Below, piece after piece: positions 52,340-62,620 of a stretch of DNA of 64,000 bases; position 1 is the first letter of the stretch; every line of letters starts with the position of its first letter. Under the pieces are notes generated by a model, which did not search any database, was not told where the DNA came from, and saw nothing but the letters and a program-made list of their open reading frames with translations. This stretch comes from Lophium mytilinum (Eukaryota): contig MU004200.1 in NCBI GenBank assembly GCA_010093605.1, positions 372,001 through 436,000 of the forward strand, in the 5' to 3' direction. A program made the translations under genes and the position numbers.

Positions 52340-54100
52340 GAGATGGAGGAAGCTCTGAGAGTAGCCTGTTATATAGACCTCTTGAATTCCTCCGGAGCGG
52401 AGAGGTGAAGTGTAGGAAAAATTGAGGAAGCGCTCTGAATTGAACCTCTTATATAGGCCACAATCCCTCTCGAGCTCCTTCGGAGCAGATAAAGTGGAGT
52501 GTAGGAGGGATGGAGGAAGCTCTGAGAACAACCTATCATATAGGCCTCTTGAATTCCTCCGGAGCGGAGAGGTGAAGTGTAGAGAAGAAAGAGGAAGCGC
52601 TCTGAGTTGAACCTGCACAGGCTCTACTTTTGCTTACTGGACGCCCCTGTGAGGAGTGGCCCAACTGGTAAGTGTTTTGCGGGTCGAAAGGATGTCTGAT
52701 ATCAGCCTCGTCGACTTCCTTAACACCCTTGATGTAGATAGGGGAAGTGCTCTCAGTTGAACCTGCACAGGCTCTACTTTTGCTTACTCGACGCCCCTGT
52801 GGGGAGTGGCCCAACTGGTAAGTGTTTCGCGGGTCGAAAGGATGTCTGATATCAGCCTCGTCGACCTCCTTAACACCCTTGATGCAGATAGAGGAAGTGC
52901 TTTCAGTTGAACCTGCACAGGCTCTACTTTTGCTTACTTGACGCCCCTGTGAGGAGTGGCCCGACTGGTACGTGTTTCGCGGGTTAAAAAAATGTCTGAT
53001 ATCAGCCTTATTGACCTCCTCAACACTTTTGATGGATTAGAGGCACAGCAGTGCTGATTAGAGCGGCCCGTGTTCTCTCCTTGCTCGGCCGACGCCACTG
53101 TAAAGAGTAGCCCAACCAGCAGGCGTTTAGCGGGCTAAAAGGTCGTCTAATGTCGACCTCGTCGACCCTTCAATTAGATATGAAGTATTGGAGACACAGT
53201 AGTGCTAAACCGAGACGCCCGCGTCCTCTCCTCTTATATAGGCCACAATTCCTCTCGAGCTCCTTCGGAGCAGATGAAGTGCCGTGTAGGAGAGATGGAG
53301 ACAACTCTAAGAGGAGCCTATTATATAGGCCTCTCAAATTCCTCCGGAGCAGAGAAGAAAAGTGTAGAAGATATGGAGGGAGTTCCGAGAGTAGCCCTTA
53401 TATAGGCCTGTCGAATCTTCTAGAGCGGAGAGGCGAAGTGTGGGAGAGATAGAGGAAGCTCCCTGAGTTGAGCCTCATATATAGGCCACAATTCCTTTCG
53501 ATATCCTAGAGGAAGATCTGAGAGTAGCCTATATATGCCTGCCGAACTCCTCTGGAGTAGACAAGTGATGTGTGGGAGTGATGGAGGGATCTTCAAGGTG
53601 AACTTCTTTTGTAGGCCACAATTTCTCTCGAGCTCCTCCGGAGAGATGGAGTGTAGAGGTGATGGAGGAAGCTCTAGGAATAGCCTCTTATATCTCTTGG
53701 CCCGTCGTGGCGCAATGCTCAGACTTTCTGCTGAACACACTGTGTAATGAGACGGTCTGACACCGTTTGAGGTGTCCCACAACGCATTTGCTCTTGTTAA
53801 ATCGTCCCTTTCCGATCTCTTATAGCTAGGCTAGTGTACGAAAGGCCTAGAGGGGATGTATTCTATTTTCGATATCGTAGGGCGAAATGCGACGGGCTAA
53901 GGGATACACCTCTCGAATTCCTTCGGAGCAGAGAAGTGGAGTGTGAAAGCGATGAAGGAAGCTTCAAGGTGAGCCTCCTAGATAGGCCACAATTCTTCTC
54001 GAGCTCCTTCGGAGAAGTGGAGTGAGTGTAGCAGTAATGGAAGAAGCTCCGAGAGTAACCTCTTATATAAGCTATAGCTCCTCTCAAGTTCTTTTATAGC
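52340..54100. repeat. Complex tandem array of alternating ~78/89-bp units, interrupted by 150-bp units
   Basis: Recurrent core CCTMTTATATAGGCC..TTCCTYYSGAGC..GAAGTG.AGTGTAG..GGAAGCTC. The dimer period is 167 bp (52381 vs 52548). Confidence 0.9.
52594..53186. repeat. 150-bp tandem repeat: 3 near-identical copies plus 1 diverged copy
   Basis: ACCTGCACAG occurs at 52611, 52761 and 52911, an exact 150-bp period. A diverged fourth copy lies at about 53043-53186. Confidence 0.93.
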
Positions 54101-54939
54101 AAGCCGATAGGAGGGTAGATTAGGCCTCGTATAATACTAGCTTATAAGTCTAAGCACATGGATAATGTCAAGGTGCGCTTTTTTGTGTAACATACGGTAA
54201 GGGTACTACAGCGAGTCCATACTTTCTGGATCATTATGTGCCTTAGACTTTCCACAGCTCTGAATGCAATCTAGATTTCCGAGAAAGGTGACAAGGAGTC
54301 TATTGAATATTAAAGGGGAGTCTATGTCAGACCATTTCCAAGACAGTACTCAGACATGGGGCCAATGCGCCTTTTAGGACAAAAGTTCTTCGACATGGGT
54401 GGAAATTGAGACAAAGAGGGGGTATATAGGGTGATTGGCTCGCCAGCTAGGGCAGTGGAGCGGATAACAAAGAAAGAGATTTTGCATGCGTAACGTGTCT
54501 TGTCGTCCTGGAATGTGGGTGCCGAAAAACAACGAAGAATCGCTTAGAGAACACAATGCTTCCACCATTGAATCATCTTAGATTACTTAACTTACATGTA
54601 CTTCAATTAGTCCACAAAATCATTCTCTAATGTGCTTTCTAAGGGGCGAAAGTAATTAAGTCGCCTTACCATACCAAGTAAAGTGTAGCGTGGGATTAGC
54701 ATCACGTGAAACCGGCGTGGATAGTTCACCTCCAACTACCTATTTACCTCATATTCTTCATCACAAGACTACTTCACACCTTAATTTGCTTATATACAGA
54801 ATGTGCCCGGATAATCAAACCTCTATATGTTCTCTCCATAGGCCATGATAGACGTCATTGCTCTCTGCTAATGATCCCAGGTTCCAAGCCTAGGAAGGCA
54901 TTGAAACATCGCCAACCGAAAGAATGTTCCTCGTCTTAT

Positions 54940-55410
54940 ATAATAGTTGAGACAGCCACTAATAACGACAGCTTGGTTCCATCGCTACATAAGCTCTCTC
55001 GTCTCAATATAAAGATAAAGTCTGCTTCTAACTTCCAAGAGAACCGTAAGCAGAGAGCTTTAAACATGCCTTATAGGCTCTCATTATAGTTCCTTTGCTG
55101 CCCTGAGGTTTCTCGTCGCTGAACAAAGTCGTGGAATCGTGGGCGAAGAGCTTTAAGCGTGCCTTGTAGGCTCTCAATCTCATTGCAAATGCTTGGTCCG
55201 AGCTGCGCGATGGCAAGGACGCGGTTCCGCTCAGAGGATTCCTGATCCTCACATGCCCTCAACGAATCACAACTTCGGACAATTATTTCACTAAGCTCGG
55301 ATGGTCGCTCACCTACGTATAGTCCAGAAGGCAAGCTTCCCGAGACCATCTTGGAGCTCAAGCTAGCGATTCGAATGGCGTCCGCCATCGCTGCCCAGAT
55401 GGACCCTGTT
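54940..55410 (-). pseudogene. Decayed helical protein fragment with an internal duplication and an in-frame stop
   Basis: ORF 55388-55071 has a splice-acceptor-like start, and protein-like sequence continues past the TAA. Family not established. Confidence 0.3.
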
Positions 55411-55639
55411 GAGGAGAAAGTTAACGTGATTGCGAAATGTGCAGCAGTCCCTTGCGAATGGACTACTCTATCGCCTATATAGGCGTCCTCAATCTAACGA
55501 GCTTGGATATAGAAGGCTATCGCATTTGGAGTTTCAAGTGCCTACAGTGGTAACTCACGCAATTTCAAGATGTGCCTAGATTTGTGACTTGGTATTGTAC
55601 GTGGAGAAAGTGAAGTGAGTAATTGATAGAGGGGGAATC

Positions 55640-56070
55640 CGAATTGAGCTTCTCATAGGGGCTATAGCATCTCTCCAGTTTCTTTGAAGCAAGGTGATAG
55701 GGTGCTAAATCAGGCCTTTAACTCAGTGTTAGAGGCGTGTGGTAATTCCTCATATACAGAGGAGTGGAGTATAAAAGGGGCGGAGGAGACCTTCATGTTG
55801 ATTCTATTATATACGCAGGACTCGTTTCCTCCTTATTTTCGGAGCAACCAACGAATTTCATTGGAGTACGGAATTTTGTAAGAATTGCAGAGTAAAAGTG
55901 ATGCAATAGAATTGCAATTGAGCCTCTTGTGTAGGCGGGCCCTGATTCCTGTCTGCTTTGGAGCAAAGAACGGATCCTCTAGGAGTGGGAAGTAGAGTGG
56001 TGAAGTAATGAAGGAATTCTGTGAAGAACCCCTTGTATATTCCCTAAATTCTGCCTGTTTAGAGTAATGG
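55640..56070. repeat. Older, degenerate copies of the 78/89-bp repeat family
   Basis: Recognisable remnants such as GAGTGGAGTATAAAAGGGGCGGAGGAG, CTATTATATA and TTGAGCCTCTTGTGTAGGC. Confidence 0.5.
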
Positions 56071-57649
56071 TCACCTTTGGAGCAAGATATCACGCGTCCG
56101 TCCGAAGACGCCTCTAGAAAGCTGTTATCTAGTTAAACCGGTATGCAAAGAAGCGGCTTACTTTATCAAGGTCAGCAAGTCAGCTGTGTACGTAGCATTC
56201 CTGTTTGGCGGAGTGGGTATGCTGGAGCTGTTGCCTGAAAGTCTGGACCAGACCTTAATCACGTCGCTGAGCTGATGTCGCTGTTAGAGGATCTTCGAGC
56301 AGATGTGTCGGTGAACCGTTTAATGTAGATGAGATTAGTGGCTTATATTTGCACATAGAAGGCTTTGGTAGGGAAACTGAAGCGCCCAATCTAATAGCCG
56401 AGATCTAAAATGCAATTTGACCAGCTTGCATAGGCTGTCTCTGTTTGGAGGCCTACGTAGCAGTAAGTGGACATCTAAGAGAGGCACTCATTTTACCACA
56501 TTTATCAGTCTTTTGTTCTACCAGAACGATCCGTGGTAGGGAGTTTCGAGTTAGGCAAGCCGACCCTGCTAATTGTGTATCAGACCGCGACTTGATCGAC
56601 TCGCTAAGTCGGAATCTCCTACTCTCAATTGATCGTCGCCGTAGTAACGACTACGCCTGTAAGAGAGCGACTGAATCCTACAAAATTAGCACTTAGTTTC
56701 ACTTACTAAAGATACTTGTGTGAGAATCGAACGTGCTTACCCTGACTATCGCAATTCAGCATACTAAGCTAAATAGATTTCCAGGTCGGGCTTGCTCTCA
56801 GAAGGACACCCTGTTAATACCATGTTTTGTCAAAGGTCCGGGAACTTCCGCTTCGCACTATATAGGGTGTTCCTATCGGCTTATGGAAACCCGAACAGAT
56901 CTTCAAGGCTAACGTAGTGTAAGGTATAATGCCTCTTTACTGGATAACACCTGCTAGCTACGCTACTACTCCCAGGGTGTTGAGCGGACAGAAGCGGAGC
57001 CTGAGTTGTAGGTATCCGCGTGCACAAAGCCAGGCGCGCAAATGCGAGTGGCTTCACCTAAGTAATCAAACTAATTCCATACAGGGGTCTTGTGGAGATG
57101 TTAGGCGTACCCAACCTAATGACTGAAAATTATATCGGAATTTGATCTCTGTCAGCAGGCTCGTACTGCCTCTAGATGGTGTCGTAAGGTAGCGGACAGT
57201 GCCCTCTGTGGTAGTCGGACGAGTCGAAAGCTCGTCTAAAAATGTTAACGCATATTTTTTGAAATGCATAAAGCATGGGCACAGGACGTTGGCAAACAAG
57301 CTTACGCAAAACTTCATCCTAGTAAGTGTTTGTGTTTCAAGTCAGCGCAGGAAGGTATATATCTAGTGAAAAAAGGAAGCGGGGAAATTAAGACTTTACG
57401 AATGACGTAAAGTGCTCTCTCGAGCGTGCGAAGAAGTGCTGAGAGGCAAATGATGCTGCCAGGGGTGGATGGGTCAGTCTACCGTCCGCTCAAAATAGGC
57501 GCTGTAGGCCGCGTACGTGATGTATCGGATAATGGTAAGGATCATAACATAAGAGAGAGAGAGGTCTGGAGGAAGGTGAGGTAGGTCTTGTTTGCTTTTC
57601 CATCTTTTCGCCACTCATTATAAACGAAGCTGGATTTGGTTAGAAAAAG

Positions 57650-58894
57650 CTAATGCAAGACCCTATCAATCTTCATTTTCTTTCTTCTCCCGAGCTTCGC
57701 CCCTAGCTCGCCCCAAAGAAGGTTTTCTCTTTCTTTCTCACATTCGCACATACGTTTTGACACTTGTTCCCCAATGTGCACCTCCTTTTCAGCGCTACCG
57801 CAATGCCCACAACAGCCTACTCCGCCACTGGCTTCACATTCCTCACAAACGACGAGCACCAGATGGCATGTCCCATTTTTGCACTTACTCAACCGGTCCT
57901 CAGGTCTAGCACAGCCGTGACAAGCGGCCACAGGATCATGCCTCCCGTCCATCAGTCCTAATTCCATGGAACCCCTAGCATCGAAGACGTAATTCTTCCC
58001 TTTAAATAAACAATCTCCCTTCCTTTTTTGCCCTGATTCAATCTCGCCCTTCATCCAAGCCAGATATCCCACGATTCCCCCTTGCAGCGTGAAAACCCGC
58101 GCTTCTATGCCACCGGGTTCTTCAACCAACGCTTCCTGCATGAACCTTGCCCCTTTCTCACACCGAACCCCGCCAGTACAGTACGTGAGAACCTGCTTCT
58201 GCCTTCTTTCGCCAACAATACCCTCGCCCCTCTCTTCCTTATTCGTGCTAGCCAAATGCCGCACCACAAACCCAGGCCATTGGCTAAACCTCCGGATTCC
58301 GGGCCTCACCGCAACCTCGCCCGCGCCCGTGACGAAGTATCCAATCCGAGACTCGTAGTGGTTCCGCATGTCAACCAACTGAAGGTCTTTCGCACCCTCA
58401 ATACACTTCTTGTGGAAAGCAGCGGGGCTCAGCGCTGTTACGGACGACCATGATGCAGGAGCGTAATCTGTGATCCCGAGCGGCGTGACCTCAGCACATA
58501 TCTTGGTTGAGGCGTGACCGCCAAAGACACACGCACAGCCGGGAGTGGGTTTGAAAAATGCTTCGCGCTCGGTGGACGTTGAAAGGGGAAGCCCGGAGAA
58601 AGACCAGTGGGTCACGCAAGCGGAGATGTATGCGGCGATCGCGGCTGTGGTTCCCCCGATGGTTATGTTGAAGCCTTCTGTTGCAAATCGCAATTTCCCG
58701 CCCAGCTCTAACTCAGAGGCGAGATGCTCGTGGAACGAAGCTACGTCTAGAGGCGCGGAGTTTTCGGGGATGTGTGTTGGAAGAATCTGGGGGTCGTTGC
58801 TGTAGTAGCGATAGAAAAGGAGAACAGAGCCGCTGGTAGTAGAAGCCGGACAGGTGCATGTGTACGAAAGGGGCTCTGAGGTTGCTGGGGCCAT
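57650..58894 (-). CDS. Rhodanese-domain protein of the TrhO/TSTD2 (UPF0176) family, intronless
   Basis: VLLFYRY, ATEGFNITIGG, DMRNHYESRIGYF, YCTGGVRCEK, LQGGI, FKGKNYVFDAR and a Cys-rich C-terminus. Confidence 0.88.
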   Translation of the reverse strand: MAPATSEPLSYTCTCPASTTSGSVLLFYRYYSNDPQILPTHIPENSAPLDVASFHEHLASELELGGKLRFATEGFNITIGGTTAAIAAYISACVTHWSFSGLPLSTSTEREAFFKPTPGCACVFGGHASTKICAEVTPLGITDYAPASWSSVTALSPAAFHKKCIEGAKDLQLVDMRNHYESRIGYFVTGAGEVAVRPGIRRFSQWPGFVVRHLASTNKEERGEGIVGERRQKQVLTYCTGGVRCEKGARFMQEALVEEPGGIEARVFTLQGGIVGYLAWMKGEIESGQKRKGDCLFKGKNYVFDARGSMELGLMDGRHDPVAACHGCARPEDRLSKCKNGTCHLVLVVCEECEASGGVGCCGHCGSAEKEVHIGEQVSKRMCECEKERENLLWGELGAKLGRRKKMKIDRVLH

Positions 58895-59162
58895 GTCAAC
58901 CTTGGATCTACCGAATCCTGGAATTGTTAGTTTCGACGTTGGACTTCGGGAGGTCGAAAGCTGGTTCGTGGCGGTGCATAGCGTGGCGGTGCAGATCTCC
59001 ACCCAGGGCAGGTGAGGTGTGGCGCCAGCTTTGCGCGCATCACGCGTCATAGGTCGGTATCACCAACTCTCAAATTCTTGTTACTGTTTCGGAGCCAACT
59101 CCTTCACGATACATATCTACAACCCTCGAATCCCTATTACAACATTCAGACACACCGACACT

Positions 59163-60140
59163 ATGGCAGACAGCTCAATACCCTCTGAAGCTCCGCCACC
59201 TTACTCCCAAGTAACTGCAGGTGGCTCCGCATCTGCCTCCGCGTCACAGCCTACCAGCCGTCTTGCTGTCCCTGCTCGCAATGACATCCCCGCCGAACAC
59301 CGTCGAAGCATGGAGGACGAGGCGCGGCCTTTGCCCAAGGGCTGGCTTCGTACCTTCGACCCGGAGAATGAGCACCAGTTCTTCGTCGACACCAACCAAG
59401 ATCCTCCACGCAGCATCTGGACCCATCCTTACGACGACGAAGAGTACCTCCGCAGCTTGCCCGGCGCAGAACGCGAGCGCATCGAGGCAGAAAGCGAAGG
59501 CCGACATCGAGCGAGCGTCCCAGACCTCATGGCCGAGCACACGGACGAGGAAGGTGGCCACTCGCCACGTACGAGCACCAGCACGCATGCAGAGCTCCCA
59601 CCCAGACCCACCGACGACAAGAAATCCGGGAAGGACCGCTCGCTGGGACGCAAGCTAAAAGACAAGCTCACAAGTTCCACACACGAAGAACGCGAGCAGT
59701 CACGTGCACGCCGCGCAGAACAAGAGCGCCAGCTCTACGCCCGTCACATGAAGTACCGCGCTGCAATGCTGAAGGCCGTGCAGACAGGGCAGCCGCAGCT
59801 GCTGGGTCAAGATGGCGACGGCAAGGACGTTTACATTGAGCCGCCAGCATACAGAGGAGGTTCGGGACTCTACGGTGGGAGAGGGTACGGCTACAATCCG
59901 TATGGGTCGGGTATGTATGCGCCGCCTGGGAGGTATATGCGCCCGGTAGCACCCTATGGGAGGCCGTATGGAGCTGGCTATGGCGGTGGATATGGCATGC
60001 CGTTGGCGCTTGGCGGGGGACTTATGGGTGGAATGGCACTCGGTGGATTGATGGGAGGAGGATTTGGAGGGGATGGAGGAGGATTCGGTGGTGATGGCGG
60101 AGGGTTTGGAGGTGGTGACGGCGGTGGTGGTGGCTGCTGA
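59163..60140 (+). CDS. WW-domain protein with a Gly/Tyr-rich tail (Wwm1-like)
   Basis: WW domain PLPKGWLRTFD..FFVDT..SIWTHP, an N-terminal PPPY motif and a GGFGGD repeat tail. Confidence 0.85.
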   Translation: MADSSIPSEAPPPYSQVTAGGSASASASQPTSRLAVPARNDIPAEHRRSMEDEARPLPKGWLRTFDPENEHQFFVDTNQDPPRSIWTHPYDDEEYLRSLPGAERERIEAESEGRHRASVPDLMAEHTDEEGGHSPRTSTSTHAELPPRPTDDKKSGKDRSLGRKLKDKLTSSTHEEREQSRARRAEQERQLYARHMKYRAAMLKAVQTGQPQLLGQDGDGKDVYIEPPAYRGGSGLYGGRGYGYNPYGSGMYAPPGRYMRPVAPYGRPYGAGYGGGYGMPLALGGGLMGGMALGGLMGGGFGGDGGGFGGDGGGFGGGDGGGGGC

Positions 60141-60619
60141 GCGGACCTCAACTTTCATCACTAGTTTCTATACCCCTCAATAATTACCTTTGTAAGGGAC
60201 TAATAGTCAACTACGAACGGGCAAAGATGGACTGCTTGTGCTAAATGTAACTTCAAGTGCCTGTACTATCGATTGGGTCGAGTTGCTCCAGTCTCCCAGA
60301 TCTCTGTTGGACTGGAAACCCCAAAACAATATCGGATGAGACAAGCTGTTGGAGACAATTAGATACAAAACCATCTGTAGCCTATACCAGCTGAATAAAC
60401 CTCCTTTGAAGAGAGGATATGGGTGTCCGTATTCGAACAATCTCTATTTCAATCTGTAAAACTAATCGGCTCATGAGCGTTAGTCAAGAAAAGCGTGGTC
60501 TTGGAGGTGCAGGACAGACGCCCATCAAGTGGCAGCATCCGGACTGGAGACTGCAGGTGGCAGTTTGCTTTGGCCAATTATAGTGTGGAGAACTGCCACT
60601 TTTGTGACCCCGAACCTGA

Positions 60620-60975
60620 CAGGTACCCAGTGTTGAGTGTTCACAATTCGAGTTAAAAAGTATCAGATCCGTGTGTTAGATGATTTTGATAATCCAAGCG
60701 GTGTCAAGCTTCAACCAGTTTATATTAGACTGCCTTTCGTCTAGCTGGCTACTCAGTGAAGGGACTACCCCCTACAGTGGCGTCGAGTGATCAATATTGG
60801 AGCTAAACAGTACCAAAATCCGTGTGTTACCAGATTTTGAGGATCTGAGTGATGTTGATTTCTAGCTAGTGTATATAAGACTACCACTTGTGTAGATGGC
60901 TGCTTAGCAGGCAGGGTACCCCTTACAGCGGTGTCGAGTGAGCAACACTAGAGCTAGGCAGTGATAACATCTGTA
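60620..60975. repeat. Diverged ~151-bp tandem repeat, about 2.3 copies
   Basis: ATCCGTGTGTTA occurs at about 60667 and 60818; TACCCC.TACAG.GG.GTCGAGTGA is repeated. Confidence 0.7.
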
Positions 60976-60988
60976 GGCCCAGGATGAC

Positions 60989-62025
60989 GACAGTCCGGTA
61001 AACCACTTATAGAAGCGGTCGGCTGTCAAGGCTTGGCCGCTGGCGACGATATCTGCTCAAGCTCATCGGCCGACAGTCCGGTGAACCACTCATAGAACCT
61101 GTCGGCGGTCGATACCTGGCCGTTGGCGACGACATCGTAGAACATGTTCCACACGCGGAGGTGGCTCATTGTCTCGAAGAACATTGAGGTGGCTTATTGT
61201 TGTGAGAGAACAAAGGAACAGCGGTCGGCTATCGAGACTTGGCCGCCGGGGACGACGTCGAAGAACATGTTCCACGCGCGGAGGTGGCTCATTATCGCGA
61301 GGAATCCCTTGGGAAGTCAAGAATTCGTGCACTTTTAAAGCACCCAGTCTAGGCCTGCATTAGCGCGGGTCCGGTGCTAGCGTTTGTAAGGGAGTCCCTA
61401 CCACATCAAGGCCTCACAGGTCTGTTGAGCTGCGGCTGGCGAGTTGGTGTTCGACGCTAGCATGCCAGCCCTGCTTGCTGCTACGTCGCATCAGGCCTAC
61501 GCCAAACCCGTACGAGCCGACGCTAGCAGGTGACTTACGAAGGGTTATCTATAACATAAAGGAAGTTCGGTGGATGTTTTAGCGTGAAAAAAGGACCTGC
61601 TCAAGCTCATCGGCCGAGAGACCGGTGAACCACTNNNNNNNNNNNNNNNNNNNNNNNNNNNNNNNNNNNNNNNNNNNNNNNNNNNNNNNNNNNNNNNNNN
61701 NNNNNNNNNNNNNNNNNNNNNNNNNNNNNNNNNNNNNNNNNNNNNNNNNNNNNNNNNNNNNNNNNNNNNNNNNNNNNNNNNNNNNNNNNNNNNNNNNNNN
61801 NNNNNNNNNNNNNNNNNNNNNNNNNNNNNNNNNNNNNNNNNNNNNNNNNNNNNNNNNNNNNNNNNNNNNNNNNNNNNNNNNNNNNNNNNNNNNNNNNNNN
61901 NNNNNNNNNNNNNNNNNNNNNNNNNNNNNAGGACCTGCTCAAGCTCATCGGCCGAGAGACCGGTGAACCACTCGTAGAACCTGTCGGCGATCGATACCTG
62001 GCCGTTGGCGACGACATCGTAGAAA
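60989..62025. repeat. Patchwork of direct repeats around an assembly gap
   Basis: The CTGCTCAAGCTCATCGGCCGA block occurs at about 61053, 61597 and 61935. GAACATGTTCCAC.CGCGGAGGTGGCTCATT occurs twice. Confidence 0.85.
61635..61929. other. Assembly gap (295 N)
   Basis: Run of N characters. Confidence 0.99.
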
Positions 62026-62620
62026 CGGTCTGTCAGCTTCGTGGCCGATAGAAGGGCTGTATTGCTGTTGACGAGGTTGCGTGGAGAGGAGAAAGGCTCT
62101 GGCCATGGGGCCTGCTACGTAGTCACGTGGGAGTTAGCGCAGGCCGGCAGAACCCCGGGCGCCTGAAGAACCCTCGTCCTAAAGACCACGTGACCATCAT
62201 GCAACATACCGTACCACACACCTCGGTACGCCAATTCGTGAGCCCCGCGTACAACAATAAACAAAGGTAGTTCGCAGCACAACCACTCAATCGAATTCGA
62301 GAAAAGCCTGGAAGCGAAAGACAAGTGTTATTCTAGCCCACTTTTAGGCCTTTTCTTGCTTCTATGTCGTGGTCGTGGGGTTTTGCAGAGTATAATGCAT
62401 ATGTTGTTGCTTGATGTTCTACCTGGCCCGTGCCTAGGTTTGGGCTCACGAATTGACGTACCGAGGTGCCACAAGCGGATTCTCGCCACCTGCCTCATCG
62501 AGTTAGGCTTAGGGCATGGACTACGTTATCAACGACCTTCCGATGTCGGCGTGCTTTATCAGCGAGTTCTTGCAATAACAACGCGCAATCGTTTCAGCTT
62601 CCGCAACACTTCTGCCCAAC

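Noticed and set aside
52340..54100. CRISPR-like array or leucine-rich-repeat gene (ELPPSL-like text in ORFs)
   Set aside because: There are no unique spacers or cas genes, and the DNA is eukaryotic. The units differ by non-triplet indels and contain stops, so no reading frame is conserved.
61592..61972. Identical 43-bp sequence on both sides of the N run as LTRs or a target-site duplication
   Set aside because: This is most simply an unmerged contig overlap or a collapsed repeat at the scaffold gap.
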